Below, piece after piece: positions 32,639-43,160 of a DNA stretch of 64,000 nucleotides (positions are counted from its first letter, which is position 1; every line of letters starts with the position of its first letter). The stretch is taken from assembly GCA_964187785.1 (NCBI GenBank), contig OZ076409.1:65846001-65910000 (forward strand). Direction: 5' to 3'. The notes under the pieces were generated by a model. The model did not search any database and had not been told where the DNA came from. It worked only from the letters and a program-made list of their open reading frames with translations. The DNA is from Amphiscolops sp. MND2022. Taxonomy: Eukaryota. Both the position numbers and the translations under genes were made by a program.

Positions 32639-33543
32639 ATGGAATTCCGACGTAAATCATCGTCCTTCTATGCCCATTTCGTTTTTTACCCGAACCCGAA
32701 CTCTGAAGACAAAGCAGTGAAGCAATGTCTGTACGTACGGGAAAAATTATGTGAGATGTTCGCTGCTAGAAATGTCGATTATCTAATGGGGGCACATCTT
32801 TTCAGTTGTTACAGACAATGCGGTTACAATTTTGATGAAGTGCGATGCATTTGTGATGTGTCACCGCAAATACAAAATGGCAGGTTCCCATCTGGACGGT
32901 GTTACATTTTGCCGGAGCCAAGGGACGCCTCCACTATCGACAATCATATTCACATTTTAGTCCATGTACCAGCAGCAAATACCACAGGGCAACAATGTAA
33001 GGTAGGCTACGATGTCTCTGTACAATCAGTCGCAGGAAAGAATCCATCTGCTAAGCGTATAAAAGTGGAAGAGGCTGCACAAGTTTCTGTTTCTGGAAAC
33101 AGTGGCAACCTGACCGTCAATGAGAGAAGCGCAGATTTGCCGAGTGCCACCATTTCACCCTCAACATTACCTGTTGACACATTTAGAGACCCTCTTGACC
33201 CAGTTGTTACTACAGAGACCAACATGAATTGGCAACTTGAAGAATTGTTCGCCAAATACAAAAATTTTTCAGCATCGACTTGAAAAACAAAGAATTTGGT
33301 AGCTTTTCAGTGCAACAGAGAAATGTATGGTGGCCTTACTCCTTGTGGACCAGCTTTGTTGTTGCTGCTGGCGACGGTTTCACCACAATCGTTGGAAATA
33401 CCTTCAATTACGCAATGAAAATGGAGCGAAAAAGACAATCAGCAGACTATGCAAACAGAGAGCTTTTTCCGAAGCGAGCCCCCAAAATGAAGGCCCGTGT
33501 TCTTTGGGAACTTCATTGTATCTCTATGCAACAGAGTCTGTAG
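32639..33543 (+). CDS. Two overlapping ORFs (32639-33283, 33280-33543), possibly one HUH-motif protein
   Basis: DNHIHILVHV in the first ORF and NYAMK in the -1 frame second ORF, with an A AAT TTT heptamer at 33262-33268. Confidence 0.45.
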
Positions 33544-33857
33544 TGGTATTTACGTTGTCTGTAGTGGTTACTTGTAATAAAATATTCGTCTAATTTTTAT
33601 TTTTCTTTCAAATCTTTAGCTGGCCCAGCGAGTTTTTTCCCCATGTTTTCTTGGAAAAGTCGGCTATCATTGGTTTTATTTTCACAATCTAGTACTCGAT
33701 TATTTAGTATTGCGTGTTTTTGGAAAAGACCATTTTGCTCAGTTTCAATACATTGGAGCGGTCAGACATGTTTGCGCTGACTTTGTCAAAACTTGAATAG
33801 TTTTTTGAAATTGCCCGCAAATTCCACAGGCATTGCACAAAAACTAACTATGATATC

Positions 33858-34373
33858 ATGGCTGATTATTGCCTCAAAGAGATTGCAGCAAGTTACGAAA
33901 GCGATATCGATCACGATGCTATTTGCCGGAAAATTCGCCTACAACTCGACAATTCCGTCCCCCGACGTTTTTATTTCAATCACATTCTGTTTTTAACGGT
34001 AATTATCGTGGAAACGAATTCTTGTACATGTCAAGGAGTTTGTGATCAATGTGCTATCAACAAAATTTTCAAAATGGGTGATTTGTCGCATTGTGCACCT
34101 TGGGGCGGTATAATTGGACCTGGAATGACCGTCAGAACGCATTACGTTTTTTCAACTATATCATCAATTTTGAACTTACACGCTGTTTTCCATGATGCTT
34201 ATGGCCACTTGTATCGGACTCGTCAGAAGGGCCCCGGTTACAACTATATGCTACCATTTCAGTTACTACCAAATGTTTTTTGGGTTGGGCATTTTACAGG
34301 TTTTCTCTTCTTCTTCTGGTTAAAAATCAGGTATTCCACTCATTTCAGATACTTTGACGCACTTCTCAAATAA
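33858..34373 (+). CDS. Phospholipase A2-like accessory protein, 171 aa
   Basis: IIGPG followed by HAVFHDAYG, resembling the GPG loop and catalytic HD of viral PLA2 domains. Hydrophobic C-terminus. Confidence 0.55.
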   Translation: MADYCLKEIAASYESDIDHDAICRKIRLQLDNSVPRRFYFNHILFLTVIIVETNSCTCQGVCDQCAINKIFKMGDLSHCAPWGGIIGPGMTVRTHYVFSTISSILNLHAVFHDAYGHLYRTRQKGPGYNYMLPFQLLPNVFWVGHFTGFLFFFWLKIRYSTHFRYFDALLK

Positions 34374-34401
34374 TTGCTCCAGCGATTGACATCCAAAAGC
34401 C

Positions 34402-35439
34402 ATGTCCGCCTATGTTCCATTATCAGATTCTTTGCGCATTGCATTGCAGTTCTACCAAAACCTTCCTACACAACCCAACAATTACTCGCATAACCCTCAA
34501 CAAGTGCTCTATCCCAGAGTGTATCTAGTTAGAGAGCAACCCCGAGGTTTATATGGGCCAGTGCCATTGGATTCTGTCGGTCGCACGCAGCAATTTGATA
34601 TGAGCTGGGAAGAGTATTGCAGTTTAGTTCACAGCAAACCTCTTGCAATGAACATTTTGACATTTCGTGACTACACGAATGCTCAGAATGACAACACGAG
34701 AATTCAACGGGGTATCCCAATGTACAGCCGGCCGTCACAAATTCTCCTCTCTCATTTACAAAGCGGAATAGCCCCCCAGCAGCCCAGTAACACAATGTCA
34801 GTCCAAAACCCTGGCTTTACGTCCAATCATGTTGTTAACAATACAGCAAATTACGGTTATTCAGCCCAAAACACTTTGGTTAAAGAAAGGCCATACATGA
34901 CGAGGCACTATGCATCACAGCATACCAACGGATCCAATCATTTTATGAATATTGCCGGTATCTGGTGTAACAATACTTGCTGTGTGCCCAGAACCTCTAT
35001 AATTCCGACATTGAGAAGTTACGCCCCGCAGTCGAGCACATCTAGTTTTGATGGGATGACGCAACAAGATTTAAATACAATTGACTCCAATCGAACTGCT
35101 AGCACGCTCACTAACAATCCTTCAGCCCAACCAAACAACTCCTGCAATTCATCAATTATCGCTGGTGGCCGATCTTCAACATCATCAGACTTGCGCTACC
35201 TTCCGGCAGCTAATATACGTGCTCCTGTCGAGCAGCAGTCAGAGACGGACAGCGGGCAAGGTGACAACAATAGCGATGATAACATGGGTGACTATGACTT
35301 TGACAGTGAAGTATCTGAAGACGAATTTCAACTTCCTCCTGATTCAATGACATCCATTGCTTCGACGATTAACAACTTGTCGGAGCCGGTTGTAACCCCA
35401 GTAGCTCCCATTACATCGACAACAAGCGTTTTGACATAG
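34402..35439 (+). CDS. Polinton accessory protein, 345 aa, largely low complexity (S/T/N/Q)
   Basis: ATG-started long ORF, co-oriented with its neighbours. Confidence 0.65.
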   Translation: MSAYVPLSDSLRIALQFYQNLPTQPNNYSHNPQQVLYPRVYLVREQPRGLYGPVPLDSVGRTQQFDMSWEEYCSLVHSKPLAMNILTFRDYTNAQNDNTRIQRGIPMYSRPSQILLSHLQSGIAPQQPSNTMSVQNPGFTSNHVVNNTANYGYSAQNTLVKERPYMTRHYASQHTNGSNHFMNIAGIWCNNTCCVPRTSIIPTLRSYAPQSSTSSFDGMTQQDLNTIDSNRTASTLTNNPSAQPNNSCNSSIIAGGRSSTSSDLRYLPAANIRAPVEQQSETDSGQGDNNSDDNMGDYDFDSEVSEDEFQLPPDSMTSIASTINNLSEPVVTPVAPITSTTSVLT

Positions 35440-35867
35440 TGTCCTATTCATGTTTTTTTTGTGTGTTCAGAGTTTGCTAGTATTTTTCATTGTTTTTGTT
35501 CAAACCTTATTCTAACTGTATGTTTTTGTTTGGTTCCTATCAGTTTGTTTTTAAATTTTTTCTTCTTTATGTGCACATTAATACTATGGATAAGTTTTAT
35601 ACTGTGGATAATGCGTTTTTTTGGCTTCTCACTACTTTGTTTCAGTATTGTTTTGTCTCAGCTTATACTAACGAAGTCACTGTACAGAGATTCTCGATAA
35701 TAATGTCTATTTGCTTTTAAGATGCATGGTTGCGATACAATTTGTACACGACGGAACAGACGAGGACACAAATATAGACGAGATTAGAAAAGAGTGACAT
35801 CTCGCCTCTTAGTGAACGAAAAGTTGGTAACAATTCCCCTGGGTCATCAGAATTAACCTCTTACAAG

Positions 35868-36725
35868 TTGGCGGACCTCCACAGTCAGAGTCAGAGGATC
35901 AAAGCTAGCGATCGACAAAATGATGAGTCTTTTTGTGAGTCCATTGGGCAGTCACCGCGTTACTTACCGTTTTCTCAAGCTGTATTTTTGACACAACTTG
36001 CTGTCATTTTTATTTTGGACGCATTCTGTCTGTTGAATCTTATCACATCCCAAACTGAAGCAAGCACAAAACAGAACCGAGAAATAACTGACAATTCGTG
36101 TCACGATACATCGATTTATATGAGCATTCTGAGCTCAACGTTAGCCTATCTTATTCCGGCCCCAAGAGTACCTGTGAAAGTCCAAAGTGAGAGAAGACAA
36201 CGCACTGTAAAGATATCATCCAATGAACACTCAAAAAGAACGGGATTAACAGCGCAATGTTTTTCATCACCTCAACAACGTCACGATCAGCAATCAAATG
36301 AAGCAAATTTGGGAAAAAACGAAGTTCCTGCTGTTTCAGCCACTTCGGTAGCGTTGCCGATTGAACCCGACACGCAGATTGAAGGCGTGGATTACCCTGA
36401 CTATGATTGTTTGCCAGAATCAAATGCAACACTAAGTCTTTACAACCAGTCAAAAGACGCAACGAATCTTTCCTGCAGTATAAATTTTGACGTGGAAGAA
36501 GACTCTGACATTTGGCTCTGCTTCAATTGGCAAGTAAGCCGAACTTTTTTCATTTTTTTCTCACAGATTTTTTTCGTCATGGGTCTTGTTTTGTTCTCCG
36601 TTAGTAGAATGTTATTGGTATCCTCACTGAATTGTGAAGAACGAACTGCTCATTTCATGATTCTTTCCACTTGCATTGCCTACTTGTTACCCAATGCTGA
36701 TAATCTCGACAGATCAAATAAATAA
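35868..36725 (+). CDS. Membrane protein with two copies of a TM-hairpin module
   Basis: FLTQLAVIFIL...ILSSTLAYLIPAP and FFSQIFFVMGLV...ILSTCIAYLLPN. The start codon is uncertain. Confidence 0.65.
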   Translation: MADLHSQSQRIKASDRQNDESFCESIGQSPRYLPFSQAVFLTQLAVIFILDAFCLLNLITSQTEASTKQNREITDNSCHDTSIYMSILSSTLAYLIPAPRVPVKVQSERRQRTVKISSNEHSKRTGLTAQCFSSPQQRHDQQSNEANLGKNEVPAVSATSVALPIEPDTQIEGVDYPDYDCLPESNATLSLYNQSKDATNLSCSINFDVEEDSDIWLCFNWQVSRTFFIFFSQIFFVMGLVLFSVSRMLLVSSLNCEERTAHFMILSTCIAYLLPNADNLDRSNK

Positions 36726-36728
36726 CGA

Positions 36729-37788
36729 AATGAATAAATTAATTTCCACGGAAAATCGCATTTTTATGTGTGTCTGTGGCGCATCAGGCTCTGGTAAAAC
36801 ACACCTTTTACTAAACATGCTGACCAGTCGTTCCGACGGTATATTCTGGCCGAGGTTCGAAAAAGTTATCCTCTTCTACCGCCATTGGCAAACAATATAT
36901 GAACAATTTTATCAAGATGTGCCAAGCAAAGTTTTCTTTGAAAACGTGGTTGAAACGGAGAACGAAACCGGCCTTGCAAAACTTGGTAATCAGAAACACC
37001 AAACCCCAGGTCATAAGACAAATCATTCAAGAATAGATACCCTGATTTCAAAACTCTTGGATCATCAATCCCAGGAAAGCAAATACCATGCAACGTTTGG
37101 AAATGAAAAAGCATTGGCAATTTTTGATGACTCGTGCGAAGAAATTCTTCAGAGCGCAACCTTCGCCAATCTTGCAACCGCTGGTCGACATAAAGGGGTC
37201 AATGTGATTTTTATCAAGCATAACTTGTACCAGCAGGGTAAATATTGTGTCACGGTCGACAAAAATACAACACATTTGATAATTCTCAAGTCACCAAGAA
37301 TAGGTCGGCAGCTCAGGCTACTGGGGTCCGAACTGGAATTTGCTGATGCTGCGTTCCTTCAAGATGCTTACCAGTTGGCCACATCCGTGCCACATGGACA
37401 CCTGCTGATTGATCTCAGCACCAACTGTCATGATGCCCTCAGGTTTAGCACTCGTATCTGCAGAGCTAGCGACGACATAACTACGCTGATTAAACAAAAC
37501 AAAAACAAACAACGATCAAAAGTGCATTCAACCACCAACATTACGCGAAAGAAAGAGAAACCAGACAGTCGGATCCTCATCAATATCAAAAAGGTTCTAC
37601 CGACTGGGTTTTACGTTCCTAAAAGAGTTTTCAACAATTACGCTCGTGTCTATAAAGATCACACTGTTGGCACACACAACATTACTGTAAACAGGACCAA
37701 AAGCTATCCAATCATTGCCTTTCCAAAGTTGTCGCCCTCTTCTATTCTTTACCGGGAATATGCATTATACAGTCCGAATCATCGTTGA
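36729..37788 (+). CDS. A32/FtsK-like DNA packaging ATPase
   Basis: Walker A GASGSGKT, Walker B AIFDD and AGRH motif. Confidence 0.92.
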
Positions 37789-37849
37789 GGCTGTGAATTG
37801 GGTCATGCCGAATCGAATTATTTTTGGTATTACAATGGGATCAATTTAG

Positions 37850-38467
37850 ATGGAAGAATTTGTTTTGATTCCCCTATCTCATTACCTTGAGCTTACTTCA
37901 TCGGTCAGCGATATCAACAGTACTACAGCAGATACTACTTCACGTTTTACGACCCACCAAACACATTATCCAAATGCTCCGAACTCTGAGCCCGATGTAA
38001 CATTTGAAAAACAATCAAACTCCAGTGAAGAGCCGCCCGCCGCTGAAAAAGAATGGCTCCAAGGAATTGTTGAACCTTTACCGGAATCCAAAACAGAGAA
38101 GGAATCTGAAAAAGACCTACAAAAGACACAACATGAATTGTCTATCCGCAGAAAAAGAGTTCAGGGGTTAATAGACCTGATGATATCGACCAGAGGAATA
38201 AGATTCAATAAATCCAATGCTACATTCTCTTTCACGAGTAACAATTTGGCTCATGAAACGCCAACGAGTAGCATCAAAATTCTACAGTTTCTCCGCGATC
38301 TTCAACAGTATCGAAAAAAGGTGCCCCAAGAATACTTTCTTGTTTTGAACATTTTATTCCCCCCAACAAAGGCAATTTCTTTAAAACGAGCCAATGATCT
38401 TGTAATCAATCGCAATTGTCTCAGCTACATCACTAATCAAAACGTTCATACACAGCGAATGCAATGA
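37850..38467 (+). CDS. Polinton hypothetical protein, 205 aa
   Basis: ATG-started ORF (MEEFVLIP) whose stop overlaps the integrase start (ATGA). Confidence 0.7.
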   Translation: MEEFVLIPLSHYLELTSSVSDINSTTADTTSRFTTHQTHYPNAPNSEPDVTFEKQSNSSEEPPAAEKEWLQGIVEPLPESKTEKESEKDLQKTQHELSIRRKRVQGLIDLMISTRGIRFNKSNATFSFTSNNLAHETPTSSIKILQFLRDLQQYRKKVPQEYFLVLNILFPPTKAISLKRANDLVINRNCLSYITNQNVHTQRMQ

Positions 38468-39495
38468 CTTTCGAACGTAGCAAGCATCGAAATGTCAAGG
38501 AGAGGAAGCTGACTGAGTCAGAATATCGTAAACTCCATGGAATCTATACCTCCCCAAGTGACCCGGCCGCTTTTGGCAGCGTTAAAAATTTGGTGAAAGC
38601 AAGTGGCTTGCCACGTTCTAAGGTCTTGGCTTACCTACAATCGTCGTCGACGTACACAAAGTTCAGGGCGACAAAACGGAAATTCGCTCGCTTACCTGTT
38701 GTATCGCTTGGCATTAACCATATTTGGTCACTGGATGTGGCATATATGGAGAAATTGGCCAATTTTAATAATGGTAACAAATACTTACTTCTTGCAGTGG
38801 ACACGCTCTCTAGAAAAATTTGGGTGCAACCGATGTTGAACAAAACAGCTGCAGCTGCTAAAGCAGCCTTCGAGAAAATGTTGAATTTCGAGACGATGCA
38901 GTTCCCCATTAAGCTATGGGTTGATCAAGGCAAAGAGTTCAGGGGTGAATTTTTGAAATTTTGCAACGATAACGACATTGAAGTTTACAGTACTTTCAGT
39001 GAAACAAAAAGCTGTATGGCCGAGCGTTACATCAGGACACTGAAAACTATTCTCTACAAGTTTTTCGAAGAACATCGAACTTTCAAGTACGTTCATCTAC
39101 TTCCAAAATTTGCTTCTCTTGTAAATAGGCGTTACAATCGCGCCATTGGTATGCCTGCTGCCAATGTTACTGCTAAAGACGTTCCTAAACTAATTGCTCT
39201 CCAATTTGAAAAGTCAAAGACTCGTCCGCAGAAACCTCAATTTGAAGTCGGTGATCGAGTACGTATTGCGCTGAAAAACATGCCATTCCGGAAAGGCTAC
39301 AAACAACAGTACACCAATGAAGTTTTTAAAGTTCATCAAGTTTGTAAGCCTAAGAAAACTGGGCTGGCAACGACTTACAGATTAGAAGATATCAAAGGCG
39401 AGCCAATTTTGGGAAGATTTTACACCGCCGAGCTCACTCATTTCAACTATCTACAGAATAGGAGCCGGCCGCGTCATCAACGTATCCTAAATTGA
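38464..39495 (+). CDS. int: Retroviral-like DDE integrase
   Basis: WSLD, WVDQGKEF, AERYIRTLK and C-terminal FEVGDRVRI...FRKGY. Consistent with the 6-bp TSD. Confidence 0.95.
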   Translation: MTFERSKHRNVKERKLTESEYRKLHGIYTSPSDPAAFGSVKNLVKASGLPRSKVLAYLQSSSTYTKFRATKRKFARLPVVSLGINHIWSLDVAYMEKLANFNNGNKYLLLAVDTLSRKIWVQPMLNKTAAAAKAAFEKMLNFETMQFPIKLWVDQGKEFRGEFLKFCNDNDIEVYSTFSETKSCMAERYIRTLKTILYKFFEEHRTFKYVHLLPKFASLVNRRYNRAIGMPAANVTAKDVPKLIALQFEKSKTRPQKPQFEVGDRVRIALKNMPFRKGYKQQYTNEVFKVHQVCKPKKTGLATTYRLEDIKGEPILGRFYTAELTHFNYLQNRSRPRHQRILN

Positions 39496-39600
39496 GCTGT
39501 AGCTGCTACCCTTTAGCACAGTCTACGACACCACCACTATTTAATTTAATCTACCATCAAGTCTCTATGTTTTTGGTCAAGTAATGTAACTGGTGGTACC

Positions 39601-40430
39601 ATGAGTGAGTCCTTCACAATCACACTCTCTTCTAATGCTTCCCTTGATGTGTATCAGTCGAACACTCTGGCTTCATTCAGGACATGCCTCCCGACTTCCA
39701 TTGAACTTGATGGCCCGTGGGAGGTTGCGATCACCGAAATAGCGTATCCCCGGAAGATTTACAACGTACGCGACTCCTACTTTGATTTTTTTTGGGATGT
39801 AGGTGGAAAGAAGTGGGTCAAAAACTGCAAATTTGAGAGGGGTGTTTACAACGACGTGCAGGAAATCATTGATGAGATGAATAGAAGCATTCATCGTGCG
39901 CGAGGGGCATGGAATAAAGAAAAGTTGAAAGTTTATTTCAGTTGGAAAATCGATGCCGAAAACAAATTTGTTTTGAATTACCCAAATACTGTCAAATTTG
40001 CAAATATGTCGCCCGATCTTTTCCATATTCTTGGATGTCAGCGGGTGAAGTCTCCCTGGAAGCATCCACCTCATTTTCATGACATGCCATCCTATTTCCC
40101 AGTTGATATTCATCATTGGCATCGAGTTTACGTGTATGGCGATTTCATCGAACAGCAGTTTGTTGGAAACAGTAGAGCGCCTCTATTGAACACTTTCCCT
40201 TTGTTCAACCCTCAGCAGATGCCGCCAAGAGATTTGGAGGAGAAACCTGGGGGGAGTTTCGGATACGGCGTTTGTTCTTTCAGGTCTTTTTCAACTCCAG
40301 TATTCAAAAAAGTGTCAAAGAAGACTTTGATCGATTGCTGATAGAATTACGCACTGATACAGGAGATCTGATACCTTTCGTTGGCGTCGGAAGAACAACA
40401 TTAACTCTTTTATTGAGAAAGAAGACTTGA
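39601..40430 (+). pseudogene. Minor capsid (penton) protein with a 1-bp frameshift near the C-terminus
   Basis: FTITLSSNAS...NTLASF...WEVAITEI and VYVYGD...VGN...PLL. The tail DRLLIELRTDTGDLIPF...TLTLLLRKK continues in another frame from ~40328. Confidence 0.8.
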
Positions 40431-40647
40431 TTTTTTCCATTTTCCTTATCATAACACGCATGGTATTTATTTCCTTTGTTTAGCTTTTAAGTGTTTCAAA
40501 AGTGCATGATTGTTACCACTGCTTTCTTTGGAGCATTGGCCATTTTTTAAAAACAAATAAAAAATCCTAATTCATAATTGTATTCTCTTCAGGCCAAACT
40601 GGTTGCTTTACTTTTGTGTCCTGCAAAAAAGTCAACCTGGAGGTGTA

Positions 40648-41163
40648 ATGAGCTATTCTAATCACAACAGACCACAACATCCTACTTTGAATTACTTCCA
40701 AGGATCACCATACCGCCAATACGGTAGCGGCATAGGTACCGCAATCAAAGCTGGCCTCAAAGGCTTCGTCATTCCCATGGTTAAGCGTTATGGTATTCCT
40801 GTGGCAAAGTCTTTTCTACAACAGGCAGCGCCAGAAGTTATAAACCTTTTGGACGGAAGTACAAAGCCAAAAGCAGCCATGAAAAATGCAATTAAAAAAA
40901 CTATCCGACAACAAATGGGCTCCGGTCGCCGGCGTCGTGTTAGTGGCGTTCCTCGGGGGAAAAAAGGTCGCTACCCGAAACTAAAAAAGAAATCGAAGCT
41001 AAAGAAGAAGAAAAGCAAGCAGCGTCGCCGGAAACCTTTGAAAAAGAAGAAAAAATCGTCACTTGATTCTCTTATCGGACGGAAACCAGTCCGTCGACGG
41101 AAAACAAAATCAAAAAAAAGAAGCCGGCAAGACTTTTTTGCTTCGATAGTTGATCGCGCCTGA
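40648..41163 (+). CDS. Basic core (DNA-condensing) protein candidate
   Basis: QYGSG and QMGSG protease-site-like motifs and an extremely K/R-rich C-terminal half. Lies between penton and MCP. Confidence 0.7.
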   Translation: MSYSNHNRPQHPTLNYFQGSPYRQYGSGIGTAIKAGLKGFVIPMVKRYGIPVAKSFLQQAAPEVINLLDGSTKPKAAMKNAIKKTIRQQMGSGRRRRVSGVPRGKKGRYPKLKKKSKLKKKKSKQRRRKPLKKKKKSSLDSLIGRKPVRRRKTKSKKRSRQDFFASIVDRA

Positions 41164-41233
41164 CCATCTTTTCGTTTGCTACGATAACTGAGATTAAAAA
41201 CTTTCAACTGTTAATTATACTTCACTTTTCATT

Positions 41234-42571
41234 ATGCCTGATACATTTATTTACTCCGAGCCACCAGTACCTGGCATGCATTCAGGACTGTCATTGTTTG
41301 GGACCTCTGAGATCCTTGTCGATTTTCAACGTGGTTATCATGAGGAAATTTTCACTGCAAACAGTGCGGATGGGCCGGTGTTGGAGTTTGATTTCCAGGG
41401 GGCCAAAACCGACATTGGAGGTACAGTAATAGACTTGGTTAATCTTTTCCTGAAATTGGAGGTCAAAATGAAATTTGTTGGCAGAGGTGATGATGACGAT
41501 GTAACTGATAAGAAACCTGTTTTTGTTAACAATTTATTGCATAGTTTATTCCAAAATGTAGAGGTTTCCCTTAACGGGACACCAGTGTCGTCAGCAAACA
41601 ACTTATATCCATACAAAGCGTTGGTTGAGGCAGAACTTTCGCATAACGCTTCGTGTAAAGAAGGCTGGCTACGCTGTCAAGGGTACAGTTTCGAAACAAA
41701 TCCTGGAGACATTAGTGGTGATGAGGCATTCAGCAACAGGAAGAAACTAGGTGAAAATTTGACGTCAAAGTGGAGTCTTTACGGTAGAATTGCCGATAAC
41801 TTCTTGGCAGACAATCATAAGTTTCTACTTCCTGGTGTCGAGGTCAGAATTCGACTTTATCGCGCACCCGACCAATTTGTGTTGGTCCATGAAGGAGGTG
41901 CGAAAGACTCAGCAGGTGATTTCTCCTTACAAATTGTAAGCGCCTCTTTGTTGGTTCACAAGCTGGAATTGAAAAATGAGACTTTTCTAACAATCGAGCG
42001 AATGTTGTCCAAAAAAGCCGCTCACTACGATTTTCGTGAGATGGTCCCCAAATCGTTCCTAATCTCCAGCGGCGTCACTATGTATTACAGAGACGACCTC
42101 TTCAACCGTGCCCCGATAAGTCGATTGGTGTTGTTTTTGGTGCCGGAAACTAGCTTCAGTGGTAATTTTGAAACAAATCCTTTCCACTTTCAGCAAATGG
42201 ACCTCGAGACTGTACGAATCAATCGAGAGGGAGCACTTGTAGGGGCCACGCCTTTGCATCTTAATGATAATCTCGTTCGTTCTTATTACAACACTCTGAA
42301 GGCACTTGGTTTTGAACATGGTGGTAACGGTATCACTCTTGACAATTTCAATAATCATTTCTGTCTGGTTTTTAAATTAACTGCTGATTACCACATCGAG
42401 GACAACACAATTCGTCCTGAACTCACTGGCGCGCGGCTGGGTCTAGAGCTGAAGTTCTCCAAAGCAACAACAAAACCAATTCGTCTCATTTTGATGGGCG
42501 AGAGGAGGTCCATCGTTCTCATTGATCGCAACAGAGAAGTTATCAAAAACTCCAGTATTTACAATGGTTGA
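41234..42571 (+). CDS. Major capsid protein (double jelly-roll, hexon-like), 445 aa
   Basis: NNLLHSLFQNVEVSLNG, NNLYPYKA, LLPGVEVRIRL and NPFHFQ are typical of Polinton MCPs. Confidence 0.9.
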   Translation: MPDTFIYSEPPVPGMHSGLSLFGTSEILVDFQRGYHEEIFTANSADGPVLEFDFQGAKTDIGGTVIDLVNLFLKLEVKMKFVGRGDDDDVTDKKPVFVNNLLHSLFQNVEVSLNGTPVSSANNLYPYKALVEAELSHNASCKEGWLRCQGYSFETNPGDISGDEAFSNRKKLGENLTSKWSLYGRIADNFLADNHKFLLPGVEVRIRLYRAPDQFVLVHEGGAKDSAGDFSLQIVSASLLVHKLELKNETFLTIERMLSKKAAHYDFREMVPKSFLISSGVTMYYRDDLFNRAPISRLVLFLVPETSFSGNFETNPFHFQQMDLETVRINREGALVGATPLHLNDNLVRSYYNTLKALGFEHGGNGITLDNFNNHFCLVFKLTADYHIEDNTIRPELTGARLGLELKFSKATTKPIRLILMGERRSIVLIDRNREVIKNSSIYNG

Positions 42572-43046
42572 CAACACTCAGTTAACGGACCTAATCAACA
42601 AAGACCCAGTACTCAAATTCCGGTTTCGAGGTTGTTACGCCCGAGATACATTTCCTGCCTTGCAAAAAAATGGATTCATTATTGTGAACACACATCCCTC
42701 AACTCAACCTGGTGAACACTGGCTACTCATCGCTTCGAAAAATGACACAGTGTTACTTTACGATAGTTTCGGGAGAGATTTCCGAGAGTATTTTGCGGAC
42801 ATCTTTGCAAAAGTTGGTCGATCCGTCCGTCCGAGAAATCAAGGTATCTTTCAATACAAGCCATCTTCGACGCTACTTCAGCCTGCTGATAGTCAATTCT
42901 GTGGCATATATTGTATTTATTTGGCACATTTTTACTATAGAACAAAACAGTCACTTACAAGCGAAAAATTGATTCAAATTTCGAGTTTTCCGTCATATGC
43001 CCCAGAAGAAGACGTTTTGAGATTTTTAGTCCATCTTTCAAGATAG
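42564..43046 (+). CDS. Adenain-like cysteine protease
   Basis: IVNT...GEHW, YDSFG and LQ...SQFCG provide the catalytic H/D/Q/C. Confidence 0.92.
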   Translation: MVDNTQLTDLINKDPVLKFRFRGCYARDTFPALQKNGFIIVNTHPSTQPGEHWLLIASKNDTVLLYDSFGRDFREYFADIFAKVGRSVRPRNQGIFQYKPSSTLLQPADSQFCGIYCIYLAHFYYRTKQSLTSEKLIQISSFPSYAPEEDVLRFLVHLSR

Positions 43047-43160
43047 CGCATGATAATATTTCAGCTCAGAGTTTGTAAAATTTGACTGTGCAACTTTACT
43101 GACATAATTTTTATCAATGTTTTATGTGAAGTATAGTAATTTACGTGTTCAGTATGTTCG

